DNA from: Macrostomum hystrix
Lineage: Eukaryota > Animalia > Platyhelminthes
Assembly (NCBI GenBank): GCA_950097015.1
Contig: CATNEN010000038.1
Coordinates: 25,420,001-25,484,000, forward strand
Length of the DNA stretch: 64,000 nucleotides
Reading direction: 5' to 3'
Position numbers and translations under genes: made by a program. This document shows positions 45,001 through 55,585 of this stretch, one piece after another; the first letter of the stretch is position 1; each line of letters starts with the position of its first letter. The notes beneath the pieces are model-generated. The model made no database searches and had not been told where the DNA came from. It worked only from the letters and a program-made list of their open reading frames with translations.

Positions 45001-48000
45001 ACTAAGCCCACTAGATCTTCGGACCAAATGCTTTTACTTTCAAAATACAAGTTATATACCTAAATACAAGCAAGGAAATTTTGTCCCAAGCGACATACGG
45101 AATGACAACTAAAGCTACGGAATGACCAATAAAGCTACGGAATGACCAATAAAGCTACGGAATGACAAATGAAGCTACGGAATGACCAATAAAGCTACGG
45201 AATGACAACTAAAGCTACCTGGATGGTGTGATGGTGGTCAGATCCTCGCCAAGGGTGCGGATGACTCGGCGGCCCCAGACCCACAGGCCGACGCTGATGC
45301 CGACACCGCCGAACAGCAGAATGTGCACCGGGGTCATTGTGGGCTTGCTCAGAATCTCGCCAGTTGTAGCAATGCTCCACAGGCCAATCAGGGGCCCGAT
45401 GGCGTTGCTAACGTCGTTGCCACCGTGGGCGAACGAGCCGAATACGGCTGTGAGGATCTGCAGCCAGGCGAAGATGCGGCACTGCTCCGGCTTGTCGCGC
45501 ATCTCCGGCACAACCGGCTCCACGGCCTCCTCGGCAGCGGCGGAATCTGCCACGGTCAGCTGTGGGATTGACAGGCATTGGAAATTGATGCGCCAGCATT
45601 AATGCCTTACTCAGGCATCAATCCAAGCCTTACTCAGGCCTCACTCAAAGCCTTACTCAGACATCAATCCAAGCCTTACTCAGGCCTCACTCAAAGCCTT
45701 ACTCAGGCCTCACTCAAAGCCTTACTCAGGCCTCACTCCAAGCCTTACTCAGGCCTCACTCAAAGCCTTACTCAGGCCTCACTCAAAGCCTTACTCAGGC
45801 CTCACTCAAAGCCTTACTCAGGCCTCATTCCAAGCCTTACTCAGGCCTCATTCCAAGCCTTACTCAGGCCTCATTCCAAGCCTTACTCAGGTCTCATTCC
45901 AAGCCTTACTCAGGCATCAATCCAAGCCTTACTTAGGCCTCACTCCAAGCCTTACTCAGGCCTCACTCCAAGCCTTACTCAGGCCTCACTCCAAGCCTTA
46001 CTCAGGCCTCACTCAAAGCCTTACTCAGGCCTCACTCCAAGCCTTACTCAGGCCTCACTCCAAGCCTTACTCAGGCCTCACTCCAAGCTAACCTTCTCCT
46101 GGTCGACTTCATTCTTCTTGGCCGCCTTCTTTTGCTTGCCAAACGGCAGTTTGATGAGCTTGGGCTTGCGGCCCTCCTTGCCAGAGCCGTCCAGCACTTT
46201 GGTCTCGTTATGATCGGCGTCATTTCCAGCGCCGCCGATCGTCACCTTAGCCTTGTCTAGGGCCGCGGTCGACTCGGTCAGCTCGTCGTCCTCTTCGGCG
46301 ATTTTCTCCGGAATGCGATCTCCCAATCGGCGATCTCCGCCTGCGGCGGCTCCATTGCCGTTCCCAGCGGCTGGGTCATCCGAGGTCAGCATCCTGGCTG
46401 TTGCGTCATCGGCGTTATTAGCTTCCCCATCCATCGCCGCCTTCTGCTGCTCTTCAATAGCCAAACGCTCCAACTCGATCTCGTTCATCTCGCCTGGAAA
46501 GTTAGCGCTTGAATTCATACAGGGATCTAGGAATGTGATATGGGATCTAGGACTGTGATAGAGGATCTAGGAGTGTGATAGAGGATCTAGGAATGTGATA
46601 GAAGATCTAGGACTGTGATAGAAGATCTAGGACTGTGATAGAGGATCTAGGAATGTGATATGGGATCTAGGACTGTGATAGAAGATCTAGGACTGTGATA
46701 GAGGATCTAGGAGTGTGATAGAGGATCTAGGAGTGGGATATGGGATCTAGGAGTGTGATATGGGATCTAGGACTGTGAAATCTGGGATAAATTGAATATG
46801 TTAAAAACGCACGCAAAATTCGCCTCCTCTGCCAAGGAATGACGAACTGTTTAACAACAATCGAGCTGACAATGCCAACCGTGTAGGCGATGACAAAGGC
46901 GCCCCATAGAGGGATCAGATGGAACTGCAGCACTGAAAATCATTGAAAAGATCTGCATAAATTATTCCGGTTAGATACTACTTTTATCGAGTTTTTAAGT
47001 AGTATTTATCAAATGAAAAAAAGCAGGTCAATTTCATCGAAACTAACAATCCGGTCCGTCGTAGACAACCGAGAAGACGTTAATAACAATCGTTAATCCG
47101 TAGATTAGCGGCAGGACGCGCAGGCCAGGTTCCAGTGCATCTCTCTGTAGGAATTGTGGGAATAGTGAATGCGTTTAAGATTTTTTAAAGTTTTTTAATA
47201 TCTGGAATAAGGGTTCTATTCTGATATTTCGGATTCACAAGATAGAGAATAGATTCGTAGATATAGAATTTGGGATTCAGATCTGGGATCTGGGATACGG
47301 AATTCGGATCTGTGATATGGGATTCGGATTTGGGATCCGGGATTCGGATCTGTGATACGGGATTCGGATCTGGGATCTGGGATTCGGATCTGAGATCTGG
47401 GATTCGGTATTCGGATTCGAATCTGGGATCCGGGTTTCGGATCTGGGATCCTGGATTCCATAAATCCCAGATCCGGATTTTAGGGCAGATGGCTTTGAGG
47501 GATCCTTCACAGGTGTAAATGCCGCACACAAGTCTCACCTTGCTAAGTACGTACTTCCGTACTAGGTAGAATAAGCCAACGGAAATTCCGCCGCTCAGCA
47601 GAGGCGAGACGAACCATGAAGCCACTGAATAATTCACAAAAATACTTGCTTTTGTATAAATATCAATATCAGATACTACTTATTTACTAATGAGTAGTGA
47701 CTTTTAGATAAAAATGTATCATTTAAAACAATTATGAATTTTTATGAGTTTTAGTTTACAACACTTCAGACCCGATAAAATCCGTAGGGACGCAAATGTT
47801 TTTTACAATGTCTGAATGAGATATTTCATTAGATTTCACCCAGCCAAAGCCTCTTTATCAGGCCATGACGCTTGGCCAGTTTTCTTATCTGGCAGGAACA
47901 CCTGTCCAAGTAGCGGTAAGGCTAACTAATGGTTTGGACTTGTAGAAGCTAACGAAGCGGCACGTCTCAGATCAGATAGCGATTATAGAATGAAATTTAG

Positions 48001-51000
48001 ATAACAAATAAAATAATTATAGTATTTATCGCTAGTCGGCATCACTGGCCAGTTTCATAGTCATCTAAAAAGTACAATGTACGTCAGTTGGTAGCACCGT
48101 GCCACCGTAGTACAGTTGGCAGTTAAAAAATAGCAATGTACTATTGTTACTAGTACTTGTGCACCATTTTTAGGGCTAAAAGCATTTTCGTGAAGGTTTC
48201 ATTTTAGACAGAAAATATCTAATTTGCATGTCGCATACAAAAATTGAGAGAGTACTTGAGAACTTTGAGAACGTTTCCAAGAAAAGAAGACAATGGCCAT
48301 GGGGTTAAGCAAATCGCTCAGTTTTAACGCAGGCAAAACCTGGAAAATGTTCGCCAGTCTATTTAAAAAAGTGAGACTGTCTATTTAAAAAAGTGAGACT
48401 AGCGGCAGACAGTGAAGCTTGTGCCTTTAGTTACAGGGCAGAGGAACTATTTTCGGCTTCTACAGTTTTAAACCATAAAAAACTAGTTTAAAGTCTATAG
48501 CCCTACACGTGGGAAATAATCAATCCACAGCAATATGTATGTCGCATATTATACTACACACTATAGACATTTGCGCCCCGGCATGGCAAAATAAGTTCAT
48601 CACGTGACGAGAGCGTGGTTTCACTAGTGGCAGGGAAGGCCGTATGGGGTGGGTGCCCCGGTCTAACCGGATTGGCTGGCAAAGAAGAGGCTTCAACTGA
48701 GAGAGAATTCCATGGAAAGCCTCGGAAAGGGAAACCCCTCGACTATCCCACACGTGGAGGGCCGCGAGATTGAGCGGATTTTGAGCCTCAAGTGAAGGAA
48801 AAAAAATAGCGAATCGTAGACCGTCAATAATAACTAAACTGATACTAAACTGTCTTATGTACTTTAAGATGTTGTATTTACGAACTGAAAATTCGAATGA
48901 GTTTCCATCACGTCTGATCTTTTTAAAATAATATTTTATCAGGCTACAACATTAATAGTGATCAAACCAGTGCGGCGGCGGTCTCGTCTGATCTATTTAT
49001 CTTAGTTGCCAGTGACAGTGCTAGACCAATAAATAAAAAAATGGCCAATCGTCCATAGGTCCACAGCTTCATATAGGCCTACTATGAAGCATTAATAATA
49101 TAGACAGCATTTTTGTTTAACATAACAGCAGAAACATAACAATGAATTCAGGAAGCTAAACACGGAGAAACGGATACTATACAGCTACCCGTACAGGAAA
49201 TATAAAGGGGCATGACAGTACTGGACCTGGCAGCATCAAACTAGAGACAGTAAGGCCAAATTCAAGTCAAAAGAAAAATATTTTTGTGCCTCGCATAGAG
49301 TAATCTAAACTTTGACAAGAATAGGAAGTGAACTACTGTTAAACATGGCCTATGCAATCCACACAAAGCACATAGGCAGAACTTTTAAAACGAAGAAATG
49401 CGAAACAGGCAGGTGGGTCATTCACGAATCTACACTTCCACTAACTTGACAGACTAGGCTAGAAGTTGAGACGGCATAAGGAATACTTTCAAGGTCAGTT
49501 GCGCAGTGCGGCAAATTCCAAAGTTTGATTGGGATCAAAATTAGGAAAGATATTGCAGACTGGCAATTGGGATCTCCTAACTCTAGTTTGGGACATCAGA
49601 ATTCTGGTTTGCTACCTGTGGACTCTAGACTGGGATCTAGGAAATCAACATTGGGATCATGTAGTTCTGGTTTGGGATTTTGGGATACTAGCTTGGCAAC
49701 ATGGGATTCTAGTCTGATATCTAGGAAAACTATAAGTGGGATCATGAAATTCTGGTTTGGGATTTTGGGATACTAGCTTGGCAACATGGGATTCTAGCTT
49801 GGTATTTGGTAACATGGGATTATAGTCTGGGATCTTGGAACTCACGATTGGGATCATGAGATTCTGGTTTGGGATCTTGGAATTCTAGTTGGGGATCTTT
49901 GGATTAAAGATTGGGATCTTGGGATTTCGAAATTCTTGTTAGGGATCTTAGGATTCTTGATTTTAACAACTTCTTGTTAAAGGATTACATATTTTATTAG
50001 ACTGGGATATTTTTCAGATACAATAGAATATGTTCAAACTAGCCAATCAAAATATTTATACTATACTTATTTATCGACAGAAAAAAGGGAAAAATAATGT
50101 GAATAAGGTCTATCGGTCGGATGTACTTTTAAGCCCATTTAGTGAACTTTCATAACCAACCAAAGGTGTACCAGAATCCGTAACAGCAATTGATTGATGG
50201 TTTGATGGTCGCGTATTAAATCACCTATGAATTATTAATTGAAGCTGAAATCGAATAAAAGCGTTCAACAACTCACCGATGAGGCCAAGTTTCTTCCAAT
50301 CGACACCTTGAGTGCCCTTGGCAACCAGTGAGAAGCCAACGGTGGAGCCTACAATCGAGTGAGTGCCGGATACAGGGACGCGGAAGAATGTCGCCACGAG
50401 TAGCCAGATGCAGGTGCCTGCCGGTCATCATTAAAAATGGGATTTGAGAATGAGGAACAGGTTTGTGATGAGATTAAGATGTTATAAACAATGTGTAGCT
50501 GGGTAGCTATAGACAACCACCTGTTAAAACAGGAATTCAGGATTAACACCTGTTACACAGGATTATCACCTGTTACACAGAATTATCACCTGTAACACAG
50601 AATGGTCATGTGATACACAGGATTATCACTTGTTACACAGGATGGTCACCTGTTACACAGGATAGTCACCTGTTACACAGGATGGTCACCTGTTACACAG
50701 GATGGTCACCTGTTACACAGGATGGTCACCTGTTACACAGGATGGTCACCTGTTACACAGGATGGTCACCTGTTACACAGGATGGTCACCTGTTACACAG
50801 GATGGTCACCTGTTACACAGAATTATCACCTGTTACACTGGATTATCACCTGTTACACAGGATGGTCACCTGTTACACAGTATTATCACCTGTTACACAG
50901 GATTATCACCTGTTACACAGGATGGTCACCTGTGAGCCGTGAGGGACCTCACCTCAGCCATCACGTAGTATTTTGACAGCTCTTGCGTGATTAAATAATC

Positions 51001-51372
51001 TAGCATGCCAATCGAAGTTAAGTAAATTAGCTTACCTGACAAACTGCTCAACTGACCGAGCATCATTAGCTTGGAGCCGTCGCCAGTGGTGCCATTTGTA
51101 CGATTAACATTGTCCATAATGTACAAGTCGGGTGTTATAATGCCTTTGCGAATTGTCTCGGATACTTTAGCGCCAAGCAGTACAGAGCCGGCAGTCTCAA
51201 AGATCGTGGCCAGAATGCAGGCCTGGCGCAGAGTTAGCACTTTTGAGCCAACCGAAGTGCCGAAACTATTGGCGACATCGTTGGCTCCGATGCCGAATGC
51301 TAGAACAAATGAGATTAAAAATCCGACAACTACAACCCAGATTAGCTCCGGGGGTATGACCACGTCGAACAT
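39093..51372 (-). CDS. SLC20A1: Sodium-dependent phosphate transporter, SLC20/PiT (PHO4 family); exons 51372-51036, 50417-50277, 47624-47539, 47144-47048, 46932-46813, 46493-46093, 45559-45219, 39345-39093 (591 aa)
   Basis: Both PHO4 signatures ([17 protein letters not shown] and [14 protein letters not shown]) plus [10 protein letters not shown] and [12 protein letters not shown]. All eight exons join in frame through GT-AG introns, 1776 nt in total. SLC20A1 versus SLC20A2 is not resolvable. Confidence 0.95.
39530..39858. repeat. 20-nt minisatellite GAATGACCAATAAAGCTACG (left part; continues at 45096-45218 after the LTR element)
   Basis: The repeat phase is restored when the element plus one TSD is removed. 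Confidence 0.95.
39859..40188 (+). repeat. 5' LTR (330 bp)
   Basis: Direct repeat of 44766-45095; no differences seen by eye. Confidence 0.95.
40192..40203 (+). promoter_or_regulatory. Primer-binding site complementary to the 3' end of initiator tRNA-Met
   Basis: TGGTAGCAGAGC, three nt after the 5' LTR, is the reverse complement of ...GCUCUGCUACCA, the invertebrate tRNA-iMet acceptor end. Confidence 0.8.
40235..44725 (+). CDS. BEL/Pao Gag-protease-integrase polyprotein (1496 aa) lacking RT and RNase H cores
   Basis: Gag-like [13 protein letters not shown], three Cys/His knuckles (CVYC..H..C; CLNCLRSH..C; [13 protein letters not shown]), protease LIDGGS, pre-[11 protein letters not shown]...LPHFPVIK, then directly post-RNase H WP...INRF, integrase D-D-E (VDQLGP / DQATAF / [12 protein letters not shown]) and C-terminal FWARW..YL...RSNW. 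Confidence 0.93.
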   Translation: MKTRSTTSTRGKLGHKSQNRVRPTTYANLTASGLAAPSSGLAATASGLAAPASGLAATASGLAAPTSGLAATASGLAAPASGLAAPTSGLAAPTSGLTASASGLAAPTSGLAAPTSGLAAPASSLAAPTSGLAAPTSGLAAPTSGLAAPTSGLTAPTSGLAAPTSGLAAPASSVGSIAFGVPNQQDAVQQLIGAMAQMMQQNQLLVQQLHINQNTSQPAPPRPRPASLFGDTVLRNVQLQGFDGEDPASFPAFWSSFTYRIDSCNYTDVDKFEALRGLLAGAALRKLGGLDACQPGAYNQACRILQANYGDLWEQKSTCFRRLLAMPQLCNIDHQSLEEFSDTLRLTVGQLTRLGETSAALDPYVHALWPKLPPALQSDIQDVRCKALQPLIPTMQELQGHLDNKLRAIRASQANYTSAVFAPYAGASLINAATNRSVTSSTPSAGHVHTRAHAPICVYCERSGHSSQTCGVISKPDDRLRIIRSKALCLNCLRSHATSNCSSRNRCRECRALHHTSLHGARFNPPPHVLHVDSTAKANSNLDSTAALPTAFANLKAMNDNTFNTVSCISSTCDELIRPSIMATFSATAVNPTSGGTTRVSVLIDGGSSFTYIKLEVARKLGLRLHRRISLDSSSCHTDSRRRVTADIVELELSTPDGRRLPLRVLATEHIAPPIHIPAVQLPSDILATLQHLPHGIANLPPSQDGELELDLLIGNDYAQRLIGPSVPAIPLRPSLTAHLTPFGAVLTGCLENTDDCRPSGLLNSSQLIANSLLSQFRRDNLECLADRMTSLELLGIERGAEQPNPRGDVLTKDLLDSATRGSDGRYSVALPFKPGAEQLPSNFGQAWGRAQATHRRLSQAERQEYYGEFEKHKAEGILEIADDTSPKGKIIHVLPHFPVIKMSSKFHPHGEWPSQTTPTPTDSTILQGIPPAQKKAKKTSAFLSASNRCVPLAGMDINRFGKLSALLGTLAFVIRFVKRRNRVTAPDASERQAALHLWIKWVQRERYADAINAIQEGRPKSCKIVAQLDLFLDDEGLIRHNSRMANATLDADAIYPMLLPPDHHLTHLLILYIHKRDCHSSAISVLRSPCNRFWIVRGLSTVRSSLRQRLPCRFTKGRTLPPPQHGQLPPERLNSSGQSFSSLLVDQLGPVLTTDTKTHTNNKRWAMLLCCASSRAVHLDYLHDYSADSVLHAFERFWARRGLTEASIFLDQATAFQAAGKIIDSLLTPTFQHKLLADLQPFATARQLHFKFAPARAPWHQGAVERLVGMVKASLRPSLWCRRISDEEFLTLLTKIEAVLNSRPLTSFSNEPYDTRPLTPADLIAPSAQLDLPAAPEHLVPSAGTTTRDQLRALYRRHEQIIDAFWARWNRDYLQQLHSIHLQHRRRHGEHSHQPVVGQLYLLADQTPRSNWKTCRVIEVHPDSHDITRYVTVRTSTGHEPRRAITHLVPLEADIIDFQTAPNAGRALVSTRLWQQGRSGTNQPRSTCHATPTST
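40325..40750 (+). repeat. Coding 21-nt minisatellite, (SGLAAPT) x ~20, in the Gag N-terminus
   Basis: Tandem AGCGGCCTCGCCGCACCTACC-type units in frame. Confidence 0.9.
44766..45095 (+). repeat. 3' LTR (330 bp)
   Basis: Direct repeat of 39859-40188. Confidence 0.95.
45605..46092. repeat. 23-nt minisatellite CCTTACTCAGGCCTCACTCCAAG in SLC20 intron 6
   Basis: About 21 units abutting the donor site. Confidence 0.95.
46520..46780. repeat. 20-nt minisatellite GATCTAGGACTGTGATAGAG in SLC20 intron 5
   Basis: About 13 units. Confidence 0.9.
47268..47480. repeat. Degenerate GGGATTCGGATCT repeat in SLC20 intron 3
   Basis: Short-period repeat. Confidence 0.75.
49525..49960. repeat. Degenerate GGGAT(C/T)-cored minisatellite in SLC20 intron 2
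   Basis: Recurrent TTGGGATC/TGGGATTCT with an internal ~85-nt duplication. Confidence 0.65.
50547..50933. repeat. 20-nt minisatellite TGTTACACAGGATGGTCACC in SLC20 intron 1
   Basis: About 19 units. Confidence 0.95.
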
Positions 51373-52539
51373 TTTCGATCAACAATAGTCACTTAAAATA
51401 AAACAATCAAACGATAATAACCAAATAGAAACTTAAATGCGACTGGTTTTTTATAAAAGCTGTTTTCACAGTTAATAGTCTGCCTGCCTTCTCTCTCTCG
51501 CTCTTCTTTTGTTTCAAATGTACGTCTTAGTGGAAATGAAATAAGAGTATTATTGAAAGCTTGTTATACTCTGATCTTCTTTTATCTGGCGAAGATTTCT
51601 AAAAATTGCTCTAAATTAAGACAGAGACTGGCTTTTGGGACAGAAGACTAGTTCTGCGGGAGGCAGGCAACGTAGTTGGGTTGAATTAAAAAAAGCTAGC
51701 GTGCCAGAGGAAGGAGGAGCGCTCCAGTCTCATTTATTTTTAGGCAACACACCCCACAGCCATGTGATCACCCGCCCCAAGTCGGCGCTCACCCCCTCCC
51801 TACGTTCAGTGCTTTTTTCATAATAGAATGAGCGCGGCGGCCTGGTGGGTTTGGGCTGGGGTGGGGGTTGGCGCGAGGGGTTGAGGCTGGGGAGGGGTGG
51901 GTGTTCATCTGCATGACTTGTGCCCTTGTCCAGCCCGAACCGACCTCCAATGAAGAGCTAGCTGGGGAACGGGGAGGCGGGCAAAAGCTAAGGGATTCAA
52001 GGCCTCTCTTATCTCTCTTACCCTCGATATCCCCAAGTCATTTTTCCTTCTACCCTTCGCATCCTTCCTCTTCATAGTTCGTGTCTCGTCTTTTCCCTCC
52101 TCCCCTCCCCTAGGGCAATCACGTTGCCAGATCGTGGTCGCGCCTGTGCTTTATTCCATGGAGTTGTTGCAATGGCTTGTTGTGTTATGCATGACCCATG
52201 GGAATCTAAGCGATGGATAGATTTACATACATTCTTGCGGCTAACAAGTAACTTGTCTTGTCTGCCACTGCCAGACCCTGCACTTTGCGGTACTGCACTG
52301 TGTACGATCTTTTCTATTTTTTGTACACTACTCCTTTCACAATACAATATGTCTTCATGTCTGAGGTCTAAACAATTTTAGCTCCGGAATTTTTGCTGTT
52401 GTTTTATGCTTAGAAATGATGTGCTCTATTTCAAAATACTACTCTTCACTGTACGGCGCGCGTTGCTACTGCGCACCACCACCACTAGTGAATGCCATAT
52501 TTTTTATTTATAGATTACAAAGAAGCCTAGCATAGACCA

Positions 52540-53640
52540 TGGGATGGGATAACTTGTCTACTAAGGGATGGGTGGGATAACTGTCTACTAAAGGATATGG
52601 GTGGGATAACTGTCTACTAAGGGATGGGTGGGATAACTGTCTACTAAGGGATGGGTGGGATAACTGTCTACTAAGGGATGGGTGGGATAACTGTCTACTA
52701 AGGGATGGGTGGGATAACTGTCTACTAAAGGATGGGTGGGATAACTGTCTACTAAGGGATGGGTGGGATAACTGTCTACTAAGGGATTGGTGGAATAACT
52801 GTCTACTAAGGGATGGGTGGGATAACTGTCTACTTAAGGATGGGTTGGATAACTGTCTACTAAAGGATGGGTGGGATAATTGTCTACTAAAGGATGGGTG
52901 GGATAACTGTCTACTAAGGGATGGGTGGGATAACTGTCTACTAAAGGATGGGTGGGATAACTGTCTACTAAAGGATGGGTAGGATAACTGTCTACTAAGG
53001 GATTGGTGGAATAACTGTCTACTAAGGGATGGGTGGGGTAACTGTCTACTTAAGGATGGGTGGGATAACTGTCTACTTAAGGATGGGTGGGATAACTGTC
53101 TACTAAAGGATGGGTGGGATAACTGTCTACTAAAGGATGGGTGGGATAACTGTCTACTAATGGATGGGTGGGATAACTGTCTACTAATGGATGGGTGGGA
53201 TAACTGTCTACTAAAGGATGGGTGGGATAACTGTCTACTAAGGGATGGGTGGGATAACTGTCTACTAAGGGATGGGTGGGATAACTGTCTACTAAGGGAT
53301 GGGTGGGATAACTGTCTACTAAGGGATGGGTGGGATAACTGTCTACTAAGGGATGGGTGGGATAACTGTCTACTAAGGCTAAGGGATGGGTGAGATAACT
53401 GTCTACTAAGGGATGGGTGGGATAACTGTCTACTAAGGCTAAGGGATGGGTGAGATAACTGTCTACTAAGGGATGGGTGGGATAACTGTCTACTAAGGGA
53501 TGGGTGAGATAACTGTCTACTAAGGGATGGGTGAGATAACTGTCTACTAAGGGATGGGTGGGATAACTGTCTACTTAAGGATGGATGGGATAACTGTCTA
53601 CTAAGGGATGGGTGGGATAACTGTCTACTTAAGGATGGGT
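52540..53640. repeat. 27-nt G-run minisatellite GGGATGGGTGGGATAACTGTCTACTAA upstream of SLC20
   Basis: About 40 units. Confidence 0.95.
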
Positions 53641-53744
53641 TGGCCAGAAAATTGATCTTTTTTCCCTCTCAGAACTAATTCGTTTGCAACAGAAACGTAA
53701 AGCTCGGACTCTCTGCCCAGCAAGTGTACTCAACATCTGTCATA

Positions 53745-54079
53745 ATAAAAATAATAATAATTGTAGTTGGGCTGCGGGCAATGGCACATCATTTGGTGAC
53801 ACTAGACCCGCAGCCAGCGAGGAGGCAATTCTGCCCATTTCGCTGTCTACTGCGCACTCACACAAATACTGTACGCAGGCACACACTCACACAGGTGTGT
53901 ACATCTGCTCTGACTTTCTCATCGTCAGGCGGTGCACAATCTCACTGTGCCTTGGAGTTTGGCCCTCAATGGCGCAGAGCGCACGACAAGTAATAATAAA
54001 TAAATTTTGCCTCGCCGCGGAATCGAGCTCAGGGGCCTTGGTGCGAGAGGCAGAAGCTTTAACTGCTCTGCCACCGACC
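53745..54079 (-). mobile_element. tRNA-derived SINE (family B) copy
   Basis: Reverse-complement homology to 29517-29872, including the tRNA head (GGTCGGTGGCAGAGCAG) and the tail. Confidence 0.85.
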
Positions 54080-54303
54080 AGGTGGAAGTTCGTTCTTAAC
54101 AGAAAAAACTCGGACTCTGTGCTCAAGCAAGTGTACAGTCACCAGCTTGTCCTACTAAAAGTTGACACAGAAATAGGCATTACATCATTTTAACATTTTG
54201 CAACACTACATAAACAAGTGCATTACAGCACTAAATTGTTTCGAGTCTTCCAGGTAAACGCTTATTTTCTAAACTTTCGTGTAGCTGCTGTCATATTTCA
54301 GCA

Positions 54304-54496
54304 ATGCCGGAGGAGCCGAAATTGTGCAGAATCTGCCATCGAAGCACAGAATCTAGTCTTTCAGGAGAATGCGCCCCGAATTGCAAATGGATTTTGTTAC
54401 TGCTGTTCTGTCAATCGATTGACAGCACGCTGTGCCAACTGCAGTGTCAGTGCAGGATCGGTTCTGCTGGCTGCCTGTGCTACGGCTGCTACAGGG
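54304..54496 (+). CDS. Putative Cys-rich first coding exon (CRIC...CYGC, ZAD/zinc-finger-like); downstream exons unresolved
   Basis: Acceptor TTTCAG just before the ATG, an open 64-codon Cys-rich frame, and a strong GTGAGT donor followed by a minisatellite-filled intron. Confidence 0.35.
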
Positions 54497-54501
54497 TGAG
54501 T

Positions 54502-55505
54502 TCCCTGTCTCATGTCTACCCTGTCTCATGTCTACCCTGTCTCATGTCTACCCTGTCTCATGTCTACCCTATCTCTTGTCTACCCTATCTCTTGTCTACC
54601 CTGTCTCATGTCTACCCTGTCTGATGTCTACCCTGTCTCATGTCTACCCTATCTCTTGTCTACCCTGTCTCATGTCTAACCTGTCTCATCTCTCCCCTGT
54701 CTCATGTCTACCCTGTCTCATGTCTACCCTGTCTCATGTCTACCCTGTCTCATGTCTACCCTATCTCTTGTCTACCCTGTCTCATGTCTAACCTGTCTCA
54801 TCTCTCCCCTGTCTCATGTCTACCCTGTCTCATGTCTACCCTGTCTCATGTCTACCCTGTCTCATGTCTACCCTGTCTCATGTCTACCCTGTCTCATGTC
54901 TAACCTGTCTCATCTCTCCCCTGTCTCTTGTCTACCCTGTCTCATGTCTACCCTATCTCATGTCTACCCTGTCTCATGTCTACCCTATCTCTTGTCTACC
55001 CTGTCTCATGTCTACCCTGTCTCATGTCTACCCTATCTCTTGTCTACCCTATCTCTTGTCTACCCTGTCTCATGTCTACCCTGTCTCATGTCTACCCTAT
55101 CTCTTGTCTACCCTGTCTCATGTCTACCCTGTCTCATGTCTACCCTGTCTCATGTCTACCCTGTCTCATGTCTACCCTGTGTCATCTCTCACAGCTGTCT
55201 CATCTCTCCCCTGTCTCATCTCTCCCATGTCTCATCTCTCGCCTGTCTCATCTCTCCCATGTCTCATCTCTCGCCTGTCTCATCTCTCCCATGTCTCATC
55301 TCTCCCCTGTCTCATCTCTCTCATGTCTCATCTCTCGCCTGTCTCATCTCTCCCCTGTCTTATCTCTCCCCTGTCTCATCTCTCCCCTGTCTCATCTCTC
55401 CCCTGTCTCATCTCTCCCCTGACTCATCTCTCCCCTGTCTCATCTCTCCCCTGTCTTATCTCTCCCCTGTCTCATCTCTCCCCTGTCTCATCTCTCCCCT
55501 GTCTC
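54502..55505. repeat. 16-nt minisatellite, GTCTCATGTCTACCCT then GTCTCATCTCTCCCCT
   Basis: Two adjacent variant blocks after a GTGAGT donor. Confidence 0.95.
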
Positions 55506-55585
55506 CTTTATAATCCCTCCCAAGTCTTATTTATTCTGTCTCATCCCTCCCGTATCTCGTCTCTGATTTGACTAGAGCAATATCG

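Larger units (their letters stand above)
39859..45095 (+). mobile_element. BEL/Pao LTR retrotransposon, non-autonomous (RT/RNase H deleted), inserted antisense in the last SLC20 intron
   Basis: 330-bp LTRs at 39859-40188 and 44766-45095 with TGTCG...CGACA ends; 5-bp TSD TACGG (39854-39858, 45096-45100); PBS TGGTAGCAGAGC; single ORF with BEL-type domains. Confidence 0.95.
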
